DNA of 64,000 nucleotides from an uncultured Gammaproteobacteria bacterium (GCA_963797555.1 CAWCPV010000003.1:896001-960000); one strand, 5' to 3'. Counted from the first letter of the stretch, positions 39,412 to 49,747 are shown. The notes: generated by a model not told the origin, from the letters alone. Program-made: numbers and translations.

Positions 39412-40674
39412 ATGCCAAAGAACGCCTTTTATGCCCAGTCGGGCGGCGTGACCGCCGTCATCAACGCCAGCGCGTGCGGCCTCATCCAGACGGCCCGCCG
39501 GCACTCGGATCGCATCGGCAAGATCTACGCCGGCCGTAATGGCATCATCGGGGCACTGACGGAGGACCTGATCGATACCAGCCAGGAGTCCGACGAGGCT
39601 ATCGCCGCCCTCCGCCACACGCCCGCGGGTGCCTTCGGCTCTTGCCGCTACAAGCTCAAGGGGCTGGATCAGAACAGGGCGCAATACGAACGTCTGATAG
39701 AGGTATTCAAAGCCCACGACATCGGATACTTTTTTTACAACGGGGGCGGAGACTCCCAGGACACGTCCCACAAGGTCTCCCAGATTGGCGACAAGCTGGG
39801 CTACCCGATGATCTGCGTGGGCATACCCAAGACGGTGGACAACGACCTGCCCATCACCGATAACTGCCCGGGTTTTGGATCGGTGGCCAAGTATGTCGCC
39901 GTCTCCGCGCGGGAGGCCAGCTTCAACGTCGCCTCCATGGCCAAGACCTCCACCAAAGTGTTCGTCTTGGAAGTGATGGGGCGCCACGCGGGCTGGATCG
40001 CCGCGGCCGGAGGGCTCGCCTCCAGCCCTGATTGCGAGATCCCGATCGTCATCCTGTTTCCCGAGATTCCCTTCGACGAGGAGCACTTCGTCGACCAAGT
40101 ACAGCTCAAGGTAAGCAAGTACGGATACTGCACTGTGGTGGTCTCCGAGGGTGCCAAGAACCCGGACGGAACGTTCCTGGCCGAGGCCGGGGGGAAAGAC
40201 GCCTTCGGCCACGCGCAGCTCGGCGGTGTCGGACCCGTGATCGCCCAGCTCATCAAGGAGCGCCTGGGCTACAAGTACCACTGGGCGGTTGCGGACTACC
40301 TGCAACGCTCCGCTCGCCATATCGCCGCGAAGACCGACGTGGACCAGGCTTACGCCATGGGTAAGGCGGCGGTGGATCTGGCCCTGTCCGGCAAGAACGC
40401 GGTCATGCCCACCATCGTCCGTGCCTCCAGCCGCCCTTACCGCTGGGAGGTGGGCGTGGCCAACTTGGCCGAAGTGGCCAACGTGGAGAAGAAGATGCCG
40501 CGTGAGTTCATCACCAACGACGGCTTTGGCATTACAGAGGCTTGCCGCGAGTACCTATTGCCCCTCATGGAGGGGGAGGACTATCCACCCTACCAGGACG
40601 GGTTGCCGCGGTACGTGCGGCTGAAGAACGCCGGAGTTCCGAAGAAGCTCGGCCTCTTCGACCTGAAGGTGTAG
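39412..40674 (+). CDS. pfp: Pyrophosphate-dependent 6-phosphofructokinase
   Basis: QSGGVTAVIN, GGGDS (Asp at the PPi-determining position), PKTVDND and EVMGRHAGW. Confidence 0.88.
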   Translation: MPKNAFYAQSGGVTAVINASACGLIQTARRHSDRIGKIYAGRNGIIGALTEDLIDTSQESDEAIAALRHTPAGAFGSCRYKLKGLDQNRAQYERLIEVFKAHDIGYFFYNGGGDSQDTSHKVSQIGDKLGYPMICVGIPKTVDNDLPITDNCPGFGSVAKYVAVSAREASFNVASMAKTSTKVFVLEVMGRHAGWIAAAGGLASSPDCEIPIVILFPEIPFDEEHFVDQVQLKVSKYGYCTVVVSEGAKNPDGTFLAEAGGKDAFGHAQLGGVGPVIAQLIKERLGYKYHWAVADYLQRSARHIAAKTDVDQAYAMGKAAVDLALSGKNAVMPTIVRASSRPYRWEVGVANLAEVANVEKKMPREFITNDGFGITEACREYLLPLMEGEDYPPYQDGLPRYVRLKNAGVPKKLGLFDLKV

Positions 40675-40770
40675 GGCGTAGGACGGCGCAGGATCGGCAA
40701 CGGCGGCCCATGCCAGAAGGCGCGTGCCGCGGATCTCTCCCGGCAGTACCTGCAGTCATGGGGCGCGCGC

Positions 40771-40965
40771 ATGACCCTCGATAAGGCTCGCGAGCTGCTT
40801 GCAGTCCAGGTCAATCTGGCCGGTGGCTACAACCGCAACTCCGCCAAGCTCATCCTGGCAGAGGTGCAGCGCGAGCATGGCCAGGCGGCGGTCGATATGC
40901 TGATCCAAGAGTTCGACTTGGAGAGGGTATTTGGCTTCAATCCGGGCAGCCAGTTCCGGCGCTAG
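40771..40965 (+). CDS. Small hypothetical protein
   Basis: 64-aa ORF (GGYNRNSAKLILAEVQREHGQ) with high-GC3 codons, between pfp and hppA. Confidence 0.6.
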   Translation: MTLDKARELLAVQVNLAGGYNRNSAKLILAEVQREHGQAAVDMLIQEFDLERVFGFNPGSQFRR

Positions 40966-41106
40966 ACCCTAGTCCGCGACCGGGCCGATCCGGCAGATTC
41001 CATCAGCCGCTCCCCTAGGACCTCCCGCCGACACGGACGTCGATGACCCGCGAGGGCGACTGCCCCGCGGTAATATCACTGAAAACGATGTCGGAGGAAC
41101 TGAATC

Positions 41107-43182
41107 ATGATTGGCGCTTTGGTCTTTGCCTTGCTGTGCGCGGTCGCGGCCCTAGTCTACGGGTTCCTGTCCATCCAGTGGGTGTTGAGGCAGCCGTCCG
41201 GCAGCGAACGGATGCGCGCCATCGCCGAGTATATCCAAGAAGGGGCGTCCGCCTACCTGCGACGCCAGTACACCACCATCGGCATCGTCGGTATCGTCCT
41301 GTTCGTCATTATCGCGTTGGCGCCGGGTCTGGGCCTGCCGACGGCCACGGGCTTCGCCATCGGGGCGGTCCTGTCGGGACTGACGGGCTTCATCGGCATG
41401 AACATCTCGGTTCGGGCCAATGTGCGCACCGCCGAGGCGGCCAAGGGGGGCATCAATAACGCCCTGCAGCTCGCGTTTCGCAGCGGCTCAATCACCGGGT
41501 TACTGGTGGTGGGCCTCGGGCTCCTAGGAGTCTCGGGCTACTACGCTATCCTGGTGGCCGTCAGCGATCCCGATCAAGCGGTGACCCACTTGATAGGACT
41601 GGGCTTCGGGGCGTCGCTCATCTCCATCTTCGCCCGACTCGGAGGCGGCATTTTCACCAAGGGCGCAAACGTCGGCGCCGACCTCGTAGGTAAGGTAGAG
41701 GTCGGAATCCCCGAGGACGACCCGCGCAACCCCGCAGTGATTGCCGACAATGTCGGGGACAACGTGGGGGACTGCGCCGGAATGGCGGCGGACCTGTTCG
41801 AGACCTACGCCGTCACGATCATCGCCACCATGCTCCTCGGCGCACTCCTGCTGAAGCAGGCGGGAAACACCGTCATCGTCTATCCCCTGGTGCTGGGAGG
41901 CGTCTCCATCATCGCCTCGGTGATCGGGACCTTCTTCGTCAAGGCTTCGGCAGGGGGAAGGATAATGAGCGCCCTCTACCGGGGTGTCATCACCTCCGGC
42001 GCAATAGCCGCGGTCCTGTTCTACCCGGTCACGGTCTGGCTGATGCCGGCAACGGTCGAAGTCCAAGGGGCGGTTATCACGGGGACAGGCATCTACCTGG
42101 CGGCGCTCGTCGGGCTAGCACTCACCGCAGCCCTGATGGTCATCACCGAGTATTACACGGCTACCCAGTATGGACCGGTGCGCCACATCGCCCAAGCATC
42201 TACCACCGGCCACGCCACCAACATCATCGCAGGGCTGGGCCTATCGATGAAGGCCACCGCACTGCCGGTGCTGGCGGTATGCGCCAGTATCTGGGGGGCT
42301 CACGAGTTGGCCGGACTTTACGGCATCGCCATCGCCGCCACCTCCATGCTCTCCATGACCGGCATGATCGTCGCCTTGGATGCCTATGGTCCCGTCACGG
42401 ACAACGCCGGCGGGATCGCAGAGATGGCGGACCTCCCACCCGAGGTTCGCGGCGTCACCGACCCACTGGATGCGGTCGGCAACACCACCAAGGCCGTCAC
42501 CAAAGGCTATGCCATCGGTTCAGCGGGCCTGGCGGCGCTCGTGCTTTTCGCGGATTACACCCACGCCCTGGAGCACGCCGGCACTCACCTGGCGTTCGAT
42601 CTCTCGGATCCGGCGATCATCATCGGTCTGTTCATCGGTGGGCTCGTGCCTTACCTGTTCGCCTCCATGGCCATGGAGGCCGTCGGCCGGGCTGCGGGCT
42701 CCGTGGTCATGGAGGTCCGCCGCCAGTTCAGGGAGATCAAGGGCATCTTGGAGGGCGAAGCCAAACCGGACTACTCGCGGGCTGTCGACCTGCTCACGCG
42801 CGCCGCGATCAAGGAGATGGTGGTCCCCTCGCTGCTGCCCGTGCTGGTCCCCATCGTCGTGGTGTTCCTGATGAGCTGGATAATGGGGCCTGCTGCAGGC
42901 CCCAAGGCTCTGGGCGGCGTCCTGGTGGGGACCATCGTGACCGGACTGTTCGTGGCCATTTCCATGACCACCGGTGGCGGGGCCTGGGACAATGCCAAGA
43001 AGTACATCGAGGACGGCAACTTGGGCGGCAAGGGCTCGGACGCTCATAAGGCCGCGGTGACCGGAGACACGGTCGGCGACCCCTACAAGGACACAGCCGG
43101 GCCGGCCATCAACCCCCTCATCAAGATCATCAATATCGTCGCGCTGCTCCTAGTCCCGCTGCTCCCCGCCGTGGGGCAATGA
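41107..43182 (+). CDS. hppA: Membrane H+-translocating pyrophosphatase, K+-independent type
   Basis: Many TM segments; [11 protein letters not shown], [21 protein letters not shown] (Lys marks K+-independence) and [10 protein letters not shown]. Confidence 0.93.
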   Translation: MIGALVFALLCAVAALVYGFLSIQWVLRQPSGSERMRAIAEYIQEGASAYLRRQYTTIGIVGIVLFVIIALAPGLGLPTATGFAIGAVLSGLTGFIGMNISVRANVRTAEAAKGGINNALQLAFRSGSITGLLVVGLGLLGVSGYYAILVAVSDPDQAVTHLIGLGFGASLISIFARLGGGIFTKGANVGADLVGKVEVGIPEDDPRNPAVIADNVGDNVGDCAGMAADLFETYAVTIIATMLLGALLLKQAGNTVIVYPLVLGGVSIIASVIGTFFVKASAGGRIMSALYRGVITSGAIAAVLFYPVTVWLMPATVEVQGAVITGTGIYLAALVGLALTAALMVITEYYTATQYGPVRHIAQASTTGHATNIIAGLGLSMKATALPVLAVCASIWGAHELAGLYGIAIAATSMLSMTGMIVALDAYGPVTDNAGGIAEMADLPPEVRGVTDPLDAVGNTTKAVTKGYAIGSAGLAALVLFADYTHALEHAGTHLAFDLSDPAIIIGLFIGGLVPYLFASMAMEAVGRAAGSVVMEVRRQFREIKGILEGEAKPDYSRAVDLLTRAAIKEMVVPSLLPVLVPIVVVFLMSWIMGPAAGPKALGGVLVGTIVTGLFVAISMTTGGGAWDNAKKYIEDGNLGGKGSDAHKAAVTGDTVGDPYKDTAGPAINPLIKIINIVALLLVPLLPAVGQ

Positions 43183-43596
43183 GGGAAGCCCACGGGGGAC
43201 ATGGCAATGCCGGGGAGCACTGCGCAGCAGTCGTCGACGCGACGCCGACGCAGAATCGCCAGGGATCGCGGGCAACCCACCCTCACGCTCGATCGCCCGC
43301 GGCTCCCCCGCCCTCCCTAGCCCGGTCTCCCCCTCGAGTCGCTTGCAAGATGCCAAGGGCGTCACGCAGGGGCTCGATCGGGAGACGGTGGCGCATGGTG
43401 TTCACGGGTCACGAGGGGTCGCGGCAGTTGTGGCCATGCCCGGCGTGCTCGATGAAGCAGAGAGGATATGCACCGGATCCGGCATCTCGCTGCGCTCGGC
43501 GGCGACGGTCCTTGGACTACACCGTAACCGCCCAACGGCGCAGCACACCCCCCAGCCCCTAGGTGCCGGCTCTCGCCTGTGGCAATGAAATCCCCC

Positions 43597-43995
43597 TCAG
43601 AGCTTGGGCGTACCGTCGTGGGCGTAGGTCCGCTCGAACAAGCCCTGGCAGGAAACGCAGCGCTTCGCCTCCGGGTGAGCCCCCAAGCGCTGGTAACCGA
43701 TGCTCTCCCCGCAGTCGATGCAGGTGCCGTAGCTCCCCATTGCGATGCGGTTCAATGCCTGCTCGACTTCTTTGAGCTCCCGAATCTGACGATCGATGAT
43801 GGCGATGCTAAAGTCCACCAGGAGGTCGGCAACCGACTCCTCCGCTTCGTCGTGCACGCGCTCCGCCAAGTCGATGTAATGCGCTTCATCCGATCGCAAC
43901 AGCTCTTCCCGGATCTCTTCCTGGAGACGGCGACGCTTGTCTTCGAGGCGCTTCTTCAGCTCCGCGATTTGCTCCTTGGTCATTTCCTGGGTCAC
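43597..43995 (-). CDS. TraR/DksA-family zinc-finger protein
   Basis: Coiled-coil followed by YGTCIDCGE.I...RL...P.A.RCVSCQ. Confidence 0.85.
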   Translation of the reverse strand: MTQEMTKEQIAELKKRLEDKRRRLQEEIREELLRSDEAHYIDLAERVHDEAEESVADLLVDFSIAIIDRQIRELKEVEQALNRIAMGSYGTCIDCGESIGYQRLGAHPEAKRCVSCQGLFERTYAHDGTPKL

Positions 43996-44102
43996 CGCGA
44001 GTATCCCCCGAGTTCAGTTACAGGTCGTAGCACAGTACGATGTTGCCCTGAGGGATGGACTGGAGGCCGGTGCGGACTGCAGTCACCGACCTGCCGTTTG
44101 CA

Positions 44103-44792
44103 CTACCAAGGCATAAAGCCATTCCCCCACGGCATAAAGCTGTTCATCATGCTCATCGGTCGGGCGGCTTGACCCATGCTCCCCACATCCCGCCCCATGC
44201 GGCCGATGGAGTAACTCATGGTGGACATGAACTGGCTCATGGCGATCATGTTCGCCACGATAGGCTCCATCTTTGCGGAGATGATGGTGATATTTCCCGA
44301 CAACACGTGCATGGTGACGTTGATGGCTGTAAGGTCGGAGCTGATGATATCCGTATTCCCCGCGATCTTGGTGAGGTCCGCCATCATCGTGGACATTTCG
44401 CGCTCCACCTTCGCCATATTCTCACTCAAGGACAGGGTATTACCAGACATCGAGTGCACGTCGAAACGCAGCTTATCCATGCTGTCAGACAGCCGCAGCA
44501 CGCTGGCCGAAATGTTCGCCATGTTTTGGCCCATGTTCTTGTCAATCGAGCGGGCCAAAATGGAAACGTCGTGGGTCAGGCTGTAGATCAGATAGAAACC
44601 ATAGGCAGCCAGCACGATGAAGGCGAACAGCGACGGGTACACGACCAGCTCCCACCGGCGCGCACTAGCCTCAAACGCCTTGGCGAAGCGGTCGAGGCCC
44701 GCATCCATCGAGGAAGCGGACTGACGGGGCTCTATCGCCTCAGGTCCGTGGCCGCCCGGGGCGGAATTTCCTTCGTCAGATGGGGTGGTCAT
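44103..44792 (-). CDS. Single-pass membrane protein with a long Met-rich coiled-coil
   Basis: TM segment VVYPSLFAFIVLAAYGFYLIY followed by heptad M/I/L repeats; C-terminus FMPWGNGFMPW. Confidence 0.75.
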   Translation of the reverse strand: MTTPSDEGNSAPGGHGPEAIEPRQSASSMDAGLDRFAKAFEASARRWELVVYPSLFAFIVLAAYGFYLIYSLTHDVSILARSIDKNMGQNMANISASVLRLSDSMDKLRFDVHSMSGNTLSLSENMAKVEREMSTMMADLTKIAGNTDIISSDLTAINVTMHVLSGNITIISAKMEPIVANMIAMSQFMSTMSYSIGRMGRDVGSMGQAARPMSMMNSFMPWGNGFMPW

Positions 44793-45037
44793 GCATCAAG
44801 TCCTTACGGGCGCGCAACGGCACGTCTACCGGGTATCCCGAAGGGAAAGTCGGATTGTGACACCCGTTATGACGGCCCGTCAACCTTGGTGCGGCGCGCC
44901 AGAATCTGGTGAGCGCAAGCGTCGCCCATCCCGCCGCCGCGCCTCCGCCGCCGAAGCTCACACGGGTGCTGGCGCCCCATGCCTGCTGTTCAGTCCGACC
45001 CCGCATTTCGACCCCTGAGCTTCAGAGCCCCTGGTCA

Positions 45038-48000
45038 TCAGCTCTCACCGAGCTGCGTCTCTATGCCATCCGCCAACTCGGTAAAGCCGGACTGCGCGTG
45101 CTCGGCCGGGGTAAGGTGGTTCATGTCGGCCAGCACATCCGTCAGGCGCGCAATGGTGGCACGGATCTCACGGTAAAGGTCCAAGGTTTCCCGCACCCCC
45201 TCCAGGTTCGATCCCTCGACCGTTTTCATTTCGGCATCCAGCTCCCCGATCTTCTGCTCCCAGAACCTGATATGGCCCACAATCCCGATCGGGTCATGGA
45301 TCCCCGCCTCATCGAGGACTATCGGGAAGCCCCGCCCGCGCAGGTCCTTCGCCTTGTCGATTTGGATCAGCTCGAACATGCAATAGCGTGAGCGCAGATA
45401 CGCCTCGCTGAGCACCACAACCGCCGCCTTGCCCCGGCCCAGCCGGTTCATGAAGTCCAGGATAGAGTCCTTGTAATGCAGCTCGTCCTTGTCCCGCGTC
45501 ACCCGAATACCGCGGCCCCGCAGCGCATCGGTGAGTGCATCGACAATGGCCGTATCCGCCCGCCACGCATACGACACGAAGACCTCCGGCGGATCGACGG
45601 GGGCATGCAGAGGGGGCGTCGCTTCCACCCGCTCGTATTCCACTATCCCTGCCTCGCGGCCTGTCCCGCGTTCGAACACCGCATCGATCAGGGCGGCGGC
45701 ATCCACCATCTCCCAACTGCGGCGACACTGGATCGGCCGGCTTTCGCGTGCCGCTCGGGTCAGGACTTCGAAGGGGAAGGACTCCGGATCCGGATGTCCG
45801 GCGCACTGGGGACAGTTGCAGGGGACCAGGGCCTGGGCATCCAGGCGCGGGAAGCTGCGATGAATGCGCGTGAGCTCGTGCAGGACTATCCCGAGCAGGA
45901 CCTTGCGCCCGGGGCCTTGGGCGCGCAGCACCAGTTGGCGCCGCTGGTTGTCCTCGACCGCTTCGCACCGTGCCTCCTCGTGCTCCAAGACCACGCCGGA
46001 GCGCCAAACCAACCGGCCCCCGCCCGTGATGTAGGGATGAGTCGCGACCGTGAGACGGGTGATGATCCCTTTGGGCATAAAGCCATAGACCCAGCGTAGA
46101 ACCAGGTCGCGGCTCTGGTCCCACGGGTAGGTGGGGCGCGACGCGGGAAGGAGCTGGGGCGCAATATAGCCCGTCCCGTCCGGCAGCTCGTAACAGAGCT
46201 GGAACTTCATCATCAGTCGCAGCAACTCGTCTCCCATGCCCGCGTGCTCGGGGGCATCCCAGATGCGTGCGAGGTCGGCCCGTGAAAAGTGGCCGTAGGC
46301 GGCCGCCACCCCGGCATCGTCCAGCACCCGGTAGACCGCATCCGTGCCCCAGGAGGGGCGCAGGATCACCGTGTGCTTGAGCACCGGATCGTCCTGGAAG
46401 TGCAGACAGATGCCGAGGTCGTGCAGGTAGTCGCTCAACTGAAGCTTGTCCTTGTCGCGGGTAAAGCCATGGCGCCCGCAGAGGTCGAGAAACTCGGTCA
46501 GGGCGATATGGTCCCGGGAGTCCGATTCCAGTGCCTCGCGCACCCGCTTCCAGGCGGCGGGCAGTGCGTCTCCGATGTGCGGAAGCCCCTCCAATTGGTG
46601 GCGGATGCGCCGGACCACCCCGTCCAGCCCCCGGTTGGTTTGCAAGTTGGTGGCCAGGATCTCCTTCACGTTGGGGAAGCGCGCCCGCAGAGTTGCCTCG
46701 TCCAGCTCCCTGCGCCGGTCCTGCTTTTCGTTCTTGACGATGATGAGCGGGGCATCCCCCGCCAGCAGTTCCACCACGCCGAGCCAGTAATGGAAGTCCG
46801 TGTCCTCCTTGCGTGCGTCCGCCACCAGCACATAGAGCGAGCGGTGGGTCAGGAAGAACTGATGGGTGGCGTGGTAGATCTCCTGTCCGCCGAAGTCCCA
46901 GATCCCCACCTCGAAGTCCCGGTCGATGGGAGCGGCGCCGTCAGCGCGGGGATGGATGCGGCTCGGGAAGCGCCAGCGCAGGATGTCTATACCTTCGGTA
47001 GAGGGCCGGTCCGGGTCGAGGGCATAGGCGGGGTCCAGGATCTTCGCCGCCAGGGTGCTTTTGCCGGCTCCGCCCTCGCCCACGATCAGGAGCTTGGCCT
47101 CGCACAGATAGTCTGTCCCGGTCTCGGCCCGCTGACGCCAGTAATCGCGGATGGCGTCCAGACCCTTGGAGACCACCTCCTCGGGCGGGGTGACGATGGG
47201 TTGGTTACTGATGTCGAGGTAACGCAGGTGGGTCAGTTTGAGGATCGCGGCGGGTATCTCTCTGATTTGACCTGGGGTGCGGTTGATGCCAACTATTTGG
47301 GATTCGCCTCGGTTGAACCAGGCATGAGAAGGTACTGTACCGTCCAACCAGAGGTTCCGGAGACGATGCAGCGAGTAAACGACGGTTGGGATCTCTTGAA
47401 GATTCGAATGGCTCAGATCGAGGTGTTCCAGCCTCTGTAGAGCCGCTAATTCATCGGGGATGAACTCCAATGGATTACTGCTGAGACCGAGCGTGACAAG
47501 GCGAACCGATTGGTGTATTGCGGGTGACAATCCAGATATTCGATTGTAGCCTACGAATACAGACCGCAGGTCGGGCAGCGCAAAGAGCCAGTCCGGAAGA
47601 CAGTCCAGGCCCGCGTCCTCGGCTTCAAGCGTCTGAAGCCGGGTAAGCTGCATTATTGACTCCGGCAACCGGGTGATCGGATTGCCGGACAAGGTCAGAT
47701 GCTGCAGATTTGCGAGGCGACCCACCCCCTCCGGAAGATCACTTAGCCCGCAATAGAAGAGGTCGAGTCTCTCCAGAAGCGGAAAACGGTCTCCGATGTC
47801 CCCGAGGACTTCCTCGATCCAGTGCGGCGGCTGCGCATCCTTCTCGTAGCGGCCCAGGTCGAGCCAGCGCAGTTTCGAGAGCGCGCGGAGTCGCTCCGGC
47901 GGGGACTCCAGCTCCCAATCGAGCGCGACGCCGCGTACCTGCTCGTCCGGCACGCCTAGCCGTTCGATCACCGACCAGTGCGCGGAAATGGGCAAGCCCG

Positions 48001-48232
48001 CGGGCACGTCTTCGATCGGATTGTCGAATACAATGACCTCCCGCAGCGCCTTCAACTCCGAGACCCAGGCCGGCAGGGAGCGGATCCGGTTACCCGAGAT
48101 GTTCAGCGACTCCAGCCAATAGATCTCGCGGACCGCCTCCGGCACTGAGTCCAGCTCCCCATAGCTAAGGTTCAGGTGCTTGTGCCGCTGTCGTCGCGCC
48201 TCTTCGAGTTTCTCCTCATTCCGGGGTTTCAC
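45038..48232 (-). CDS. Roco-family protein: LRR - Roc GTPase - COR - TIR
   Basis: About 11 LxxLxLxxN-type repeats; P-loop GEGGAGKST; STEGIDI; WDFGGQEIYHATHQFF; COR (LHDLGICLHF, W.TDAVY.VLD); TIR VFVSYAW...SEAYLRSRYCMFEL. Confidence 0.9.
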   Translation of the reverse strand: MKPRNEEKLEEARRQRHKHLNLSYGELDSVPEAVREIYWLESLNISGNRIRSLPAWVSELKALREVIVFDNPIEDVPAGLPISAHWSVIERLGVPDEQVRGVALDWELESPPERLRALSKLRWLDLGRYEKDAQPPHWIEEVLGDIGDRFPLLERLDLFYCGLSDLPEGVGRLANLQHLTLSGNPITRLPESIMQLTRLQTLEAEDAGLDCLPDWLFALPDLRSVFVGYNRISGLSPAIHQSVRLVTLGLSSNPLEFIPDELAALQRLEHLDLSHSNLQEIPTVVYSLHRLRNLWLDGTVPSHAWFNRGESQIVGINRTPGQIREIPAAILKLTHLRYLDISNQPIVTPPEEVVSKGLDAIRDYWRQRAETGTDYLCEAKLLIVGEGGAGKSTLAAKILDPAYALDPDRPSTEGIDILRWRFPSRIHPRADGAAPIDRDFEVGIWDFGGQEIYHATHQFFLTHRSLYVLVADARKEDTDFHYWLGVVELLAGDAPLIIVKNEKQDRRRELDEATLRARFPNVKEILATNLQTNRGLDGVVRRIRHQLEGLPHIGDALPAAWKRVREALESDSRDHIALTEFLDLCGRHGFTRDKDKLQLSDYLHDLGICLHFQDDPVLKHTVILRPSWGTDAVYRVLDDAGVAAAYGHFSRADLARIWDAPEHAGMGDELLRLMMKFQLCYELPDGTGYIAPQLLPASRPTYPWDQSRDLVLRWVYGFMPKGIITRLTVATHPYITGGGRLVWRSGVVLEHEEARCEAVEDNQRRQLVLRAQGPGRKVLLGIVLHELTRIHRSFPRLDAQALVPCNCPQCAGHPDPESFPFEVLTRAARESRPIQCRRSWEMVDAAALIDAVFERGTGREAGIVEYERVEATPPLHAPVDPPEVFVSYAWRADTAIVDALTDALRGRGIRVTRDKDELHYKDSILDFMNRLGRGKAAVVVLSEAYLRSRYCMFELIQIDKAKDLRGRGFPIVLDEAGIHDPIGIVGHIRFWEQKIGELDAEMKTVEGSNLEGVRETLDLYREIRATIARLTDVLADMNHLTPAEHAQSGFTELADGIETQLGES

Positions 48233-48982
48233 CCCTTACTCCATACCCGATCCAAATCGATAGATTCGCGCTGCGATCCAGCGCCCAGGGGAAACCGGCC
48301 AGTGCCCGTCGGGCTCGCGACCGTCGCGCCCAATCCGAGGTGGACCCCGGCCGGAGGCGCCGGCTGCACCTCGCAGGCTAGGGGGCGGCAGGAGAGCGTG
48401 CTCGCCGCAAGCCTCCGTCGATGTCCCATGGGAGCTGCCCCTCGCGGGTCCCACAGACTGCCCGAGGCGGGGTGCACCGGGAACCCCCACCGCCCCCTGA
48501 GAATCCGCCAGATTGTGGTCGTTTAACCGGGACACCACCAGCCCCTCAACGCTAGGCGCGGTGTGTCTCCGGTGCAAGTGGTCCGCGGCACGGGGCCGCC
48601 GCATCAAGGGTCGCGCAACCGCCCGAGCCATCAGACTCGCCGTAGCGATGGCGGACGCTCCCGCCCTCCCCCTGCTACAGGGCCGAGAGGGCCGTTCATT
48701 CCACACGGGCCACACGGCGCGGGCGCCGTGGCCCTCAGGCCATCCGCTCCCGGACCATCAGACGCCCGCCACTCGACTGGTACACGGTCGGCTCTCCAGG
48801 ACGGGGGCAGTAACCTGGGCCGGGCCCTGGGGACCATTGCTCAGGCGCTGGGATAGCTGCCCGCTCCTCGCCACACAGCGGGGAAGTTTACTCGGTGCGG
48901 CCGATCGGCCGTGGAACGTTCGATGGCGCAAGCCTACCACGACGGGTCGGGAATTTCGGCACAGCCTCTCAGGCGCCGGCGG

Positions 48983-49621
48983 CTAGGCCGCAAGCCCTGG
49001 ATACAGGACATCCGCCAAGCGGTCGAACTCCTGCGCCCCTTTGCCGTCCGGCTCCAATTCGAAGACGGCCAACCCCTCGCTGAAGGACCTGCGGTAGATC
49101 GTTCGTTGACAAAGACGGCTCTCGATCAGCTCCACTCCGGGCATTTGGCCAAGCGCCGCTTCGGTCTCATCGGATTCCCGCACGGCATGGTGGGTGTCGG
49201 CCCGGTTCACGAAGGCGAACACCTTGGGATGCTTTTGGGGGGAGACCACCTCCTGCACGATAAGCAGGAATCGTTGCGTCGACCAGATGTCCGCCTGACT
49301 GGGCGGCACCGGGATGAGGATACGATCAGCCACGGCAAGGGCCTCGCGCATTCCCGGAACGTTCGAAGCCCCCACGTCCACCAACACCTCCCCATCGCAC
49401 CGGAGCAACTGGGAGACGACATCCTTGTTTGCCTGCAGGATTTGGATAGCAGGCTGATAGCCTTCTTCGCGCCTGACATCGGTCACATCCGACAGCGTAG
49501 CCTGCGGATCCAGGTCGAAGGCTACGACGGACTCCCCGCGAACCGCCAACCACGCCGCAAGGTTGAAGGTCACTGTACTCTTCCCCGACCCCCCTTTCAG
49601 ATTTCCGATGACCGTGATCAC
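48983..49621 (-). CDS. Orphan ParA/MinD-family ATPase
   Basis: Deviant Walker A NLKGGSGKST, DLDPQ, LVDVG and PVPPSQAD; about 212 aa; no parB nearby. Confidence 0.85.
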   Translation of the reverse strand: MITVIGNLKGGSGKSTVTFNLAAWLAVRGESVVAFDLDPQATLSDVTDVRREEGYQPAIQILQANKDVVSQLLRCDGEVLVDVGASNVPGMREALAVADRILIPVPPSQADIWSTQRFLLIVQEVVSPQKHPKVFAFVNRADTHHAVRESDETEAALGQMPGVELIESRLCQRTIYRRSFSEGLAVFELEPDGKGAQEFDRLADVLYPGLAA

Positions 49622-49747
49622 AGACCGCTCCCAACCTTTGGTCGGCACTGTCCAAGGCTTCCACGATTAAGCCGCGTGGCGGCGCGCTGCGCGCTTCCTA
49701 CCTGCGACGCCAACCAGGCGCGATGATACTGCCGCAGGCAGCAACGA

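Noticed and set aside
43183-43596. Short ORFs between hppA and the DksA-like gene
   Set aside because: No recognisable motif or RBS; may be a decayed remnant but cannot be supported.
48233-48982. Possible partner gene or integration scar between the Roco-TIR gene and ParA
   Set aside because: The overlapping ORFs are Arg/Pro/Gly-rich and look spurious. No tRNA, integrase or flanking direct repeat was seen by eye.
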